In this document: positions 1 to 8,058 of the stretch, piece by piece
How positions within the stretch are numbered: the stretch's first letter is position 1
Layout of the letters: each line of letters begins with the position of its first letter
Notes under the pieces: generated by a model
Told to the model about the DNA's origin: nothing
Database searches by the model: none
What the model saw: only the letters and a program-made list of their open reading frames with translations
Made by a program: the position numbers and the translations under genes
IMG/VR virus record: IMGVR_UViG_3300014656_000047
Coordinates: 1-41,771 of that record
Length of the DNA: 41,771 nucleotides
Strand: one strand, 5' to 3'
From: a virus
Taxonomy: Duplodnaviria > Caudoviricetes

Positions 1-1
1 A

Positions 2-163
2 AACGGTATAAGGGCAGAATTGAGAGCGCAGGGGTGCATTGATAGCAATAAGAATACTTTAGGTATCGGCTTAGATTCGGGAGGCTCAACAACGTTTTAT
101 TTAGGCGGTAAGCCTGTGATAAATACAACAAGGGAACAACGTAATATATTAATTTTTAGTTGA
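2..163 (+). CDS. C-terminal fragment of a phosphodiester glycosidase (NAGPA-like) family protein, in the endolysin position
   Basis: Frame 2 is open from the window start: ...NTLGIGLDSGGSTTFYLGG..., resembling the LDGGGST family motif; it lies just upstream of the holin region. 5' end is outside the window. Confidence 0.55.
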   Translation, partial: NGIRAELRAQGCIDSNKNTLGIGLDSGGSTTFYLGGKPVINTTREQRNILIFS

Positions 164-176
164 AAGGAGAATACAT

Positions 177-206
177 ATGACGCAGAATAGGTTTAAAAGT
201 CCATAA
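177..206 (+). pseudogene. Orphan 5' stub of the original holin gene (MTQNRFKSP*)
   Basis: SD AAGGAG, then ATG177; peptide aligns with the downstream holin N-terminus MEQSRWQSP and both DNA copies end in AGTCCA. Confidence 0.65.
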
Positions 207-210
207 GATA

Positions 211-239
211 TAGACTTAAATCTCCTTCTATGGTATAAT
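211..239 (+). promoter_or_regulatory. sigma-A-type promoter for the HNH endonuclease
   Basis: TAGACT-17 nt-TATAAT with an extended -10 TG. Confidence 0.6.
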
Positions 240-256
240 GGTATTGAGGTGATTTT

Positions 257-937
257 ATGAGCAATACAACTAAATATATCGGAGAAACAAGTATAAACAA
301 ACAAGGTCTTACTGGTAAAATAATAAAGAAAACTTCTGTAAAACAGAACACTAGATATTTGTACGAAGTATTGATACTAGAAACTGGCACCGTGTTACTG
401 ATGCAACGAAGTAATTTTGTGCGCGGAAATTACAAAGACTATTCTTTACCATCAGTATATGGAGTTGGTTATTCCGATAGCTTTTCCAATAAATCAGACA
501 AGATATACCATCTTTGGGCGCATATATTAGAGCGTTGTTATGTCTCGAGGGCAAAGAGCTATAAAACATACGGAGCAAGAGGAGTAAAAATTTCAGATGA
601 ATGGTTGCACTATTCCGTTTTTGAAAAAGATGTAAAGGAACTAAAGAATTACGATTTATGGTTAGAAGATTCTATGGAATATACGTTAGATAAAGATGTA
701 ATGGGTAATGGCTTATTGTATTCTAAGGAATATTGCTCTTTTATTAACAGGCTCGAACAAGCGCAAGCCACAAGAAGAGTCAAAAAAGTCAAGGTTACAT
801 TTAATGACGGTACAGAAAAGATTTTTAACTCAATTAATCAATGTTCAAAGGCAATTGGATATGATTTTTCGTTAATAGCAAAAAACTTAAAAGGAACAGT
901 TAAAACAAAAAAATATAAATTTGAGGAGGTCATATAA
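257..937 (+). CDS. Free-standing HNH-type homing endonuclease with NUMOD1-like C-terminal domain
   Basis: Motifs YHLWAHILERCY, YGARGVKISDEW, YTLDKD...YSKEYCSF, and C-terminal FNSINQCSKAIG. Confidence 0.75.
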   Translation: MSNTTKYIGETSINKQGLTGKIIKKTSVKQNTRYLYEVLILETGTVLLMQRSNFVRGNYKDYSLPSVYGVGYSDSFSNKSDKIYHLWAHILERCYVSRAKSYKTYGARGVKISDEWLHYSVFEKDVKELKNYDLWLEDSMEYTLDKDVMGNGLLYSKEYCSFINRLEQAQATRRVKKVKVTFNDGTEKIFNSINQCSKAIGYDFSLIAKNLKGTVKTKKYKFEEVI

Positions 938-938
938 A

Positions 939-1136
939 ATGGAACAATCAAGATGGCAGAGTCCAATATTTTGGAGTGCTGTAGTAGCACAAATTATATC
1001 ATTAGGTCAGGTATCAGGCTTATGGGCAAAGTATGGTGTTGATACTGGAATGATAGGAGATATAGTAGCAGGAGCATTGCAACTAGGTGTATTGTTCGGC
1101 TTGCTAAATAATCCAACCTCAAAAGACAGCTTCTAG
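939..1136 (+). CDS. Holin
   Basis: SD GAGGAGG then ATG939; two hydrophobic helices; C-terminal GLLNNPT motif typical of Firmicutes phage holins. Confidence 0.8.
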   Translation: MEQSRWQSPIFWSAVVAQIISLGQVSGLWAKYGVDTGMIGDIVAGALQLGVLFGLLNNPTSKDSF

Positions 1137-1166
1137 TATCATTTCGCTTATATGGGAGATATGATA

Positions 1167-1192
1167 AAAGCCACTCTTTATTGGGTGGCTTA
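1167..1192. terminator. Hairpin between convergent genes
   Basis: AAGCCACTC-loop-GGGTGGCTT inverted repeat between the holin and ORF 1198..1404(-). Confidence 0.6.
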
Positions 1193-1197
1193 AAGCT

Positions 1198-1404
1198 TTA
1201 TTTATTAATAAGATTCAATTTATGTTTAAATGTAATTATTGCCCTTATGTGATCCCAATCAGAAAAAATACCAGAATCATATCTTTCTATTTCATTTTGG
1301 TATTCTTCTAATTCTTCATCTGTCATAAGTTCAAACCTTGCCACATCACTTGCAGAATACGTACGTAAATTTTTGGTGTATTTTTTAAATACGTTTATAT
1401 CCAT
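1198..1404 (-). CDS. Hypothetical protein (68 aa)
   Basis: ORF track; SD AGGAGG upstream on the minus strand. Confidence 0.65.
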   Translation of the reverse strand: MDINVFKKYTKNLRTYSASDVARFELMTDEELEEYQNEIERYDSGIFSDWDHIRAIITFKHKLNLINK

Positions 1405-1493
1405 TCTTCTTACCTCCTATAGTTATACTAAGCTATATTTAAAGTAGTTCGCACTCTATTTTAGGCTCACAGGCGATACATCTATTTACTTTA

Positions 1494-1605
1494 CATATAA
1501 GGCAGTAAGCAAGGCCAGTCTTAGTCATGAACACTTTGCAAGTCGCTGTTGAAATTCGCGTCGCCACGATCTGACCTATCTTCCTATCGGTTACTGCCTT
1601 ACATA
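1494..1605 (-). ncRNA. Candidate structured RNA (ncRNA or cis-regulatory leader)
   Basis: 15-bp closing stem (1591-1605 with 1494-1508), inner stem AGGUCAG/CUGGCCU, GNRA-capped hairpin UCGUG-GCGA-CGCGA; wobble pairs are G-U only on the minus strand; begins at the predicted start site of a consensus promoter. Confidence 0.55.
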
Positions 1606-1609
1606 TATA

Positions 1610-1638
1610 AGTATACTCTTATTATTCCACAATGTCAA
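1610..1638 (-). promoter_or_regulatory. Leftward sigma-A promoter
   Basis: TTGACA-17 nt-TATACT on the minus strand. Confidence 0.75.
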
Positions 1639-1653
1639 CAAAAACATATAATT

Positions 1654-1694
1654 AGTATAACAAACTTGACAATAGGTTATACTTCCTATATAAT
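1654..1694 (+). promoter_or_regulatory. Rightward consensus sigma-A promoter with overlapping palindromic operator
   Basis: TTGACA(1666)-17 nt-TATAAT(1689); AGTATAAC...GTTATACT inverted repeat brackets the -35. Confidence 0.8.
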
Positions 1695-1713
1695 GTAATT
1701 AGGAGGTGGAATA

Positions 1714-1875
1714 ATGAAATTTACAATAACTATTCACAATAAATCAGCAATTACAAAACTGGAATCAATGAAAAATAAGAAGGGTGAATATGTCAGTAGA
1801 CTAATCGAAGAAAACATTAAATATGAAGAATTGCAAAAACGTATTGAAAAATTGGAGGGGAAGAAAAATGATTAA
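1714..1875 (+). CDS. Small ribbon-helix-helix-like regulator (53 aa, not in ORF track)
   Basis: SD AGGAGG; MKFTITIHNKSAITKLESMKNKKGEYVSRLIEENIK fits a beta-alpha-alpha pattern. Confidence 0.55.
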   Translation: MKFTITIHNKSAITKLESMKNKKGEYVSRLIEENIKYEELQKRIEKLEGKKND

Positions 1876-2143
1876 ATGGACAGATGGCACAAGTTACAGT
1901 AAAAGTGAAAAAGAAAGAATACCTAGAGTGTGGAGGGCCAAAATAAAAACTATGGATATAATTATTCATAGAATACATGGTATTCCGGGATGGTACTTAA
2001 CGTCAAGATACTTAAATATAAAAGACTATGCTTTGACATATGAAGATATTGAACAATGCAAAACTCGTGTTGAAGATATAGTCAAAAAATCTTTATATTC
2101 AAACATACGAGAAATGCAGGATATACTTGCAGAAATAGGTTAA
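1868..2143 (+). CDS. Hypothetical phage protein
   Basis: ORF track (1823); start moved to ATG1868 after SD GGAGGG. Confidence 0.65.
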   Translation: MIKWTDGTSYSKSEKERIPRVWRAKIKTMDIIIHRIHGIPGWYLTSRYLNIKDYALTYEDIEQCKTRVEDIVKKSLYSNIREMQDILAEIG

Positions 2144-2151
2144 CAAACTAC

Positions 2152-2475
2152 ATGAGTAAAGGAGTGGAAAGAATGAGTGAACACCTAATACACATAAACC
2201 CACAAACTAAAGCAGTTGATATGATAGATATAAGAATGTACGAAGAGCTACAAACTCAATACGATAGGCTTAGCATAGCAAATAAACAAGACGAGCAAAC
2301 ACATAGAGAAATGTGGCAAGAACAAGAAGCCAAAATCGAAGCACTAAAGCAGGAAAACGATAAGTTGAAAGAAGCATTAAATGAATGTCTCAATGATTTA
2401 CGTTTAGAATTAGGAGATAGACTTTATAAGCATCATTATAAAAGATATAACGAATTAATAAAAGATCCGGATTAA
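2152..2475 (+). CDS. Hypothetical coiled-coil protein
   Basis: ORF track; heptad-like charged sequence. Confidence 0.6.
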   Translation: MSKGVERMSEHLIHINPQTKAVDMIDIRMYEELQTQYDRLSIANKQDEQTHREMWQEQEAKIEALKQENDKLKEALNECLNDLRLELGDRLYKHHYKRYNELIKDPD

Positions 2476-2525
2476 ACCGTCTCTTTTCCCTTCTCTAAAT
2501 AATACGACTGCTCCGCTTCATCAAT

Positions 2526-2711
2526 CTACAACCTTATACCAATCTGCTCATAAGCCGGGCACAAATCCACCTGGCTAATTTGCCTATCTGTTTTAATCAT
2601 TCCCCGATACCCAAATAATGTTACTATGTATGTGTGGTTTTCTGCATAAGCAAATCTTACGCGGCCTAGATATTTTTTATATTGGACTAAATCACCATTG
2701 TTATAAAACAT
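2526..2711 (-). CDS. Small hypothetical protein downstream of the integrase
   Basis: ORF track; likely start MFYNNG after SD AGGAGG. Confidence 0.55.
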   Translation of the reverse strand: MFYNNGDLVQYKKYLGRVRFAYAENHTYIVTLFGYRGMIKTDRQISQVDLCPAYEQIGIRL

Positions 2712-2764
2712 ATTCCCTCCTACTTGTAAATTACGATAATGGCGGTCTCTATAATACAAATATA

Positions 2765-4144
2765 CTAATCATTCCACAATATAGACACATCTTCTCCATC
2801 TACGTATATATTATGTATGAACTCTTTTAGTATACTTTTCCTCTCTGGTATGGCTTTACAATTTATAAACCTATCCCATGCATTAACAGCTTTTTGCATA
2901 AATAATTGTTTTGATTGGCTAGTATCTTTTGATTTAGATAGTGCGATTTGTTCTAGTTGACACTCTAGTTTATTCTTAATTTCTGCATATTCTTCAAGCG
3001 TAAACACTTTAGCAAGATAAGCAGCCTTAGACCGCTCTAATTCCTCCTTGGCTGCCTTGTGTTGTTGCTCTAATACATTGGATATGTCCACAAAATTAAA
3101 CTGTCCTTTACCGTTTTTAATCTGTTTTATGTGGTATCTTATTATTTCTAATATTTTCTTTTCTAGTCTTGCTACGGAATAAAATTTATAATGGCCACAC
3201 CTATTTTTAGAGTCTGAATGTGCGGCATTGTTACACACATAATAATACAGACTACTTTTCCTTTTACCTGTAAAACAAGTTTGCAGCCTAAACACTTTTT
3301 GACACCTTCCACATCTAAGAATACCGAGAAGTAAAAACTTTGCGTGGTTGGATCCACGATAACTTGTTTTCCATGTGCGATCTTTCATAAAATTATTTAC
3401 AGAATCAAATGTATCCGTGTCAATTATAGGCTCATGTATCCCTGAATAGACTTGTTTATCGTATTCAATCTTGCCTATATATTTTATATTTCTAAGGATC
3501 CTGTTAACTGTAAAGTGCGCCCATTGTCCATTGACGGCAGATGGAATTTTATTGTCGTTTAACCATTGTGCAATTTTAGTAGAGCCCATACCTTCCTTGA
3601 CATACATTTCAAATATTTTCTTTACTATTACAGCCTGATCTTTATTAACTACCATATCACCATTAACCAACTTATACCCATAAGGCACGCTGCCATTGTG
3701 CAAGCCTTGTTTTGCCCTCTCAATGTGTCCTTTTTTAGTCTCCTGGGATAAGTTGCGAATAAAGTATTCAGCCATCAATTCATGGAGTCCGGATACAAAG
3801 AATCCCATAGGACTATTTTCAACAGGCTCTGTTATAGAAATGACATTTACGCCGCATTTTCTTAATTGGTTTTTAACCCTCTGGGATAGTTCAACCTTGC
3901 GTGCAAATCTGTCGTATTTGTGGACTAAAATAAGATTAAAAAGTTTCTTTTCAGCATCCTTTATCATTTGCTGAAATGCTGGCCTATTTTCACTTCCCCC
4001 ACTTATGCCCTCGTCAACATATTGGTCATATATTTGTATGTCGTTTTTATTGCAATATTCTGTTATTGCTCTAGTTTGAGCGGATATTGAAAAATTATCT
4101 TCCTGCATTTCTGAACTTATTCTGGCATATGCCGCAGCTATCAT
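2765..4144 (-). CDS. int: Large serine recombinase (phage integrase)
   Basis: N-terminal YARISS catalytic Ser motif, DRFAR, recombinase domain, zinc ribbon (CGRC...YYVC...C) and coiled coil. Confidence 0.95.
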   Translation of the reverse strand: MIAAAYARISSEMQEDNFSISAQTRAITEYCNKNDIQIYDQYVDEGISGGSENRPAFQQMIKDAEKKLFNLILVHKYDRFARKVELSQRVKNQLRKCGVNVISITEPVENSPMGFFVSGLHELMAEYFIRNLSQETKKGHIERAKQGLHNGSVPYGYKLVNGDMVVNKDQAVIVKKIFEMYVKEGMGSTKIAQWLNDNKIPSAVNGQWAHFTVNRILRNIKYIGKIEYDKQVYSGIHEPIIDTDTFDSVNNFMKDRTWKTSYRGSNHAKFLLLGILRCGRCQKVFRLQTCFTGKRKSSLYYYVCNNAAHSDSKNRCGHYKFYSVARLEKKILEIIRYHIKQIKNGKGQFNFVDISNVLEQQHKAAKEELERSKAAYLAKVFTLEEYAEIKNKLECQLEQIALSKSKDTSQSKQLFMQKAVNAWDRFINCKAIPERKSILKEFIHNIYVDGEDVSILWND

Positions 4145-4253
4145 ATATACCTCCCAATTTTACATTTATATTACAGTTTTAGCAATCAAATCAAACTTTT
4201 CCTCCTTATTCGACAAAATACTACTAAAAAAACATATACACCTGTATGCATGT

Positions 4254-4288
4254 CCTATAGTAATTAAGACTAATTACTTATGTATAGG
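4254..4288. other. Imperfect inverted repeat; candidate attP core or operator
   Basis: AGTAATTA-AGAC-TAATTACT flanked by CCTATA/TATAGG, in non-coding DNA upstream of the integrase. Confidence 0.3.
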
Positions 4289-4513
4289 TCTTTTGGCACG
4301 TTTGCGGTAGTTTATAAAAAGTGATATTATATAAATTATTACAGGTTCTAAGGCTGACTAAACAATTGTATTTAAAAAAATATAAGTGTTCGTGCTTTGG
4401 AGGTATAAAATGCGTAAGGTATATATCAAACTACCAAAAAAATATAAGTATATTTACGCAATAGAACGTTTCAAAATTATGTACATAAATTTAAATTATA
4501 TGGTATAATATAT

Positions 4514-4540
4514 AGAGAAGGGGATTACTCCCCCTCTTTT
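4514..4540. terminator. Hairpin terminator
   Basis: AGAGAAGGGA-TTAC-TCCCCCTCT followed by TTT. Confidence 0.5.
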
Positions 4541-4781
4541 AAGTGGACGAACCACTTGTTGAACTTGCTGTTGAACTTGCTGTCGAGTTGCTAATCCAAA
4601 CGGTGCCTTTGCGGCAAACTTTTGTCAAAGCATATGCTGATAAAGCTATGTTCAAAGTTTGTTCAACAAGGTCCAGGATTTCATAATCCTGCATAATATC
4701 ACCTTCTTTCTTGGCTGTAAGCCATTGCCAAAACTTACGCCTGAGGTTGGTGATATTTTGTTCTATCCACAAAGTTAATCT

Positions 4782-5312
4782 TTATTTCTGTATTATTTGT
4801 TCTGTGATTGGCAAGTACCCAATAATAGTGAATTCATATACTGGTTTATCAAAAGTATCATTTCCGTCAGTAACAGTGTCTTCTGTAATTATTTTCCCCG
4901 TCCCGTTTATTATAGGTAAATATTTAATATATTCTGTATTTGTGTTTTTCCCGTTTCCTCCGCTTTTGCGAATAAATTTAATAATAACTACATATGGTTT
5001 ACTTACTAGTTCTGCATCTCCTGATGCAACAATAATTCCATTACCAAAATATTTTTCATTTCTGAATTTATAATCGCTTATATTTCTAGAGTTGTCCTCG
5101 TAAGATAATTCAAAATTTTGAACTTCAAATTTTATATTATTATCTTTTTTAATTATGTTTTCTGAAATAACATTTTCTTGCTTTGCTTTGTCAAATTGCG
5201 AAATAACATTTTCCTGCTTTGCTTTGTCAAATTGCGAATATATAATTGCTGCTGACACAATACAGGATGATAACAAAATACATAAACACAAAAATAAAAA
5301 TTGTTTTTTCAT
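4782..5312 (-). CDS. Putative lipoprotein or membrane-anchored protein co-transcribed with the repressor
   Basis: Basic N-terminus, hydrophobic stretch, LSSC lipobox-like motif; internal 36-bp duplication (SQFDKAKQENVI x2). Confidence 0.6.
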   Translation of the reverse strand: MKKQFLFLCLCILLSSCIVSAAIIYSQFDKAKQENVISQFDKAKQENVISENIIKKDNNIKFEVQNFELSYEDNSRNISDYKFRNEKYFGNGIIVASGDAELVSKPYVVIIKFIRKSGGNGKNTNTEYIKYLPIINGTGKIITEDTVTDGNDTFDKPVYEFTIIGYLPITEQIIQK

Positions 5313-5321
5313 TAAGACACC

Positions 5322-5648
5322 TCACTTTTTTTCTTTTTTCATCATATCTATTATTTTTAATGCCATTTCTAGATCTTCTTCCGAATAATCGTTTTCATGC
5401 CCTTTTTTAATATGGTATTTTACATTATTATCTTCTCTTAAGATTAAGTCTGGTTTGTCTGTTCTATATAAAATATAATCTATGCTTACATTAAATAAGT
5501 CAGAAAGCTTGGCTAGTGTTTCTGTGTCTGGATCGCGCTCGCCTGATTCATAAAATCCTACAGACCTATATGTAACATTTAATTTTTTAGCTACATCCGT
5601 TTGAGTTAACCTAAGATTTTTCCTTAATTCTTTTATTCTGTTTTTCAT
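5322..5648 (-). CDS. CI-like XRE-family repressor
   Basis: HTH_3 pattern RIKELRKNLRLTQTDVAKKLNVTYRSVGFYESGERDP; divergent from a Cro-like gene. Confidence 0.9.
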   Translation of the reverse strand: MKNRIKELRKNLRLTQTDVAKKLNVTYRSVGFYESGERDPDTETLAKLSDLFNVSIDYILYRTDKPDLILREDNNVKYHIKKGHENDYSEEDLEMALKIIDMMKKEKK

Positions 5649-5668
5649 ATTAATCCCCCTAATGAATT

Positions 5669-5811
5669 ATAACTTATTGTTCTACTAATTTGTATTTAAA
5701 GTTTCATTTTAGAACAAATTGAAGCAAATATATAAAAAATAGGACTATAGACCTATGGAAATGGAACAAATAGTACTATATAATAAAAACATGGTTGGAA
5801 CAATAAGTACC
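5669..5811. promoter_or_regulatory. Lysis/lysogeny switch with repeated RGAAC-N5-GTWCY-like operators
   Basis: Imperfect copies at 5669-5684, 5711-5725, 5763-5777 and 5797-5811; a perfect TGGAAC-N5-GTTCCA at 6024-6040. Confidence 0.6.
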
Positions 5812-5832
5812 ATAGATTGGAGGGTAAACACA

Positions 5833-6054
5833 ATGAATGATGATTTAAAAACTCTAAGGTATAAAGCGGGTTTAAAACAGTACGAAGCCGCAGAACTCAT
5901 TGGAATATCGAACGATTATCTATGTTCTATTGAGAATGGCAAAAAAAGTCCTAGTAGAAAAATAATGTCCAAGATGGCTGATTTGTATAATAAGCCAGTT
6001 GAAGAAATTTTTTTACTCTCTTATGGAACAGAAAGTTCCAAAAATGCATCTTAA
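5833..6054 (+). CDS. Cro-like XRE HTH protein
   Basis: LKTLRYKAGLKQYEAAELIGISNDYLCSIENGKKSP; SD GGAGGG before ATG5833. Confidence 0.85.
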   Translation: MNDDLKTLRYKAGLKQYEAAELIGISNDYLCSIENGKKSPSRKIMSKMADLYNKPVEEIFLLSYGTESSKNAS

Positions 6055-6073
6055 TAAAAGGAGGGTCAAAAGT

Positions 6074-6796
6074 ATGGGTAATTTAATTTCAATCAATTAC
6101 AACAACGATAGACAGACAACAAGCTTAAGGTCATTACATGAATTTTTAGAAGTTGGTACCAGATACAACGATTGGTTTTCAAGAATGTCTGAATATGGGT
6201 TCATTGAAAATTTAGATTACAGAGCTATTACTCAAAAAAGAGTAACAGATCAAGGCAATGAAACAACCTACACAGATCACGAAATATCAATAGACATGGC
6301 AAAAGAAATTGCAATGCTGCAGAGAACGGAAAAAGGTAAACAGGCTAGGCAATATTTCATAGAACTCGAAAAGAAATGGAATAGTCCTGAGTTAGTAATG
6401 GCAAGAGCATTAAAGCTTGCAAATAACAAGATAGTGCAACTTGAAGAGGCAAGAGAGAAGGACAAGGGGAAAGTTCTATTTGCGGATTCCGTAGCAGCAT
6501 CTTATACAACAATTCTTATCGGAGAACTTGCAAAGATAATAAAGCAAAATGGCGTTGATATTGGAGAAAAAAGGCTTTTTAAATGGATGAGAGAAAACGG
6601 CTATCTTATAAATAGAAAAGGTATAGACCATAATTCTCCTACTCAAAAGTCTATGGAATTAGAACTGTTTGAGATAAAAGAAACAGCTATTAATCATAAT
6701 TCGGGGTATGTTTCTATTAATAAGACTCCAAGAGTTACAGGGAAAGGTCAGAACTATTTTGTAAACAAATTTTTATCAAAGGCAGGTTCGCAATGA
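6074..6796 (+). CDS. Phage antirepressor (AntA/AntB N-terminus plus KilAC/ANT C-terminus)
   Basis: LRSLHEFLEVGTRYNDWF, DMAKEIAMLQRTEKGKQARQYFI, GEKRLFKWMR, TPRVTGKGQNYF. Confidence 0.9.
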   Translation: MGNLISINYNNDRQTTSLRSLHEFLEVGTRYNDWFSRMSEYGFIENLDYRAITQKRVTDQGNETTYTDHEISIDMAKEIAMLQRTEKGKQARQYFIELEKKWNSPELVMARALKLANNKIVQLEEAREKDKGKVLFADSVAASYTTILIGELAKIIKQNGVDIGEKRLFKWMRENGYLINRKGIDHNSPTQKSMELELFEIKETAINHNSGYVSINKTPRVTGKGQNYFVNKFLSKAGSQ

Positions 6797-7206
6797 AAAT
6801 TATAGATTTTCCAAATCCTAATACTAAAGATACTTTTGACAAGGCTATCTCGTTTCTTGAATCACTTGATAATGAAGGATATGAGAAAGAAGACATCTAT
6901 GAGGTTATTATAAGGATGTGGCTTGAGTCTGGCGGTGAAGACCTTCATATATATGGAGATGCAAGACCTGATATGGTTTTAAATTCTTTAAGAAGCGCAA
7001 TATATGCATTTAACAATAAGTTACACAATATGAGCTACACGATTGAAAATGGCAACGTAGTTCACCATGATGAAGTAACACCCAATTTACCTATCATAGA
7101 AACTTCAAAGATAGAATCGGTAGAAGTTTATGCAGATTTTATAGTATTAAATTCCAACGATAATTCAGAGTCAATTCATTTAACGGTACATGGTCCGGAA
7201 TGTTAA
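6793..7206 (+). CDS. Hypothetical protein
   Basis: ORF track; ATGA overlap with the antirepressor. Confidence 0.65.
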   Translation: MKIIDFPNPNTKDTFDKAISFLESLDNEGYEKEDIYEVIIRMWLESGGEDLHIYGDARPDMVLNSLRSAIYAFNNKLHNMSYTIENGNVVHHDEVTPNLPIIETSKIESVEVYADFIVLNSNDNSESIHLTVHGPEC

Positions 7207-7223
7207 GTTAGGAGGTGGCATAA

Positions 7224-7388
7224 ATGGCTAAACGTACAAAGATAGACTACGACAACATGAGGTTTACACATATACAAGGTGGAGTAGTAAAGACCTCACA
7301 AGAGATAATTGACTACTTTAACAATAAAATCGACCAACAGTTGAAAGAGGAAGTAGAAGCTTCCAAGCGTATCAAGTCTGCTAGATAA
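7224..7388 (+). CDS. Small hypothetical protein (54 aa, not in ORF track)
   Basis: SD AGGAGG; MAKRTKIDYDNMRF... open to TAA7388. Confidence 0.55.
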   Translation: MAKRTKIDYDNMRFTHIQGGVVKTSQEIIDYFNNKIDQQLKEEVEASKRIKSAR

Positions 7389-7418
7389 ATCTTAAATATT
7401 TAGGTAGGAGGTTATATT

Positions 7419-7673
7419 ATGACGGACGGATTGAGCAAAGCAATCTCATACATTATGGAGAATCTCGATAAACCTACAGAAGAATTAAAGAAAGCACTAA
7501 AGCCTTACACAAATGAAATATGCGGATACTGGGACGGATACAACAACGCTTGCACGAAAGAAAGAGTTGAAACAATAGTACAAGGATATAGGGATACAGC
7601 TCCTGCATGGAATGCGTTAGTGGGGGAAGAATCCCCGGACATGACAAGTCATATGATAAAAAAGAAAGCCTGA
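7419..7673 (+). CDS. Hypothetical protein
   Basis: ORF track; SD AGGAGG. Confidence 0.65.
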   Translation: MTDGLSKAISYIMENLDKPTEELKKALKPYTNEICGYWDGYNNACTKERVETIVQGYRDTAPAWNALVGEESPDMTSHMIKKKA

Positions 7674-7800
7674 CTTAACAGGCTATAGTTTGTGAGGTGC
7701 AAGTGCTACCTTGCATAATCATTATATAACCTACAGAGAAATGCATCAAATACACTTTGGAATATATATTCCAAAAACGAATAAAGGAGGTGGGAAAGTT

Positions 7801-8049
7801 GTGGGGTACATTGGAAGGCATCTTAGACAACTTCAAGGCAAGCTTAACATATCTCAGGATGAAATGGCTGATTCGCTTTGCATAACACAAGGAACGCTTA
7901 GCAAGTACATGACAAACAAGATAGAGCCATCGTTCAATTTTATAATAAATATTCCAAAATTGATTAATGACATAAGAGCAAAAGAAACTGTATTGGAATG
8001 GAAAAAAGACTTTGAAGAAGAATTTTATAAAGCCATAGTAATGGCGTAG
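7801..8049 (+). CDS. XRE-family HTH protein
   Basis: GTG start after AAGGAGG; ISQDEMADSLCITQGTLSKYMTNKIEP. Confidence 0.75.
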   Translation: MGYIGRHLRQLQGKLNISQDEMADSLCITQGTLSKYMTNKIEPSFNFIINIPKLINDIRAKETVLEWKKDFEEEFYKAIVMA

Positions 8050-8058
8050 GAGGATTAA

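Noticed and set aside
207-938. Group I intron in the holin gene
   Set aside because: Only about 50 nt precede and 1 nt follows the HNH ORF, leaving no room for a ribozyme core; the downstream holin has its own SD and start.
1494-1605. tRNA, SRP RNA, c-di-GMP riboswitch or retron msr-msd
   Set aside because: No cloverleaf or T-loop, no SRP or GEMM consensus that I can match, and no reverse transcriptase nearby; kept as an unassigned structured RNA.
5669-6040. LexA/SOS boxes in the switch region
   Set aside because: Spacing is N5 rather than the N4 of the Firmicutes LexA box; treated as phage repressor operators.
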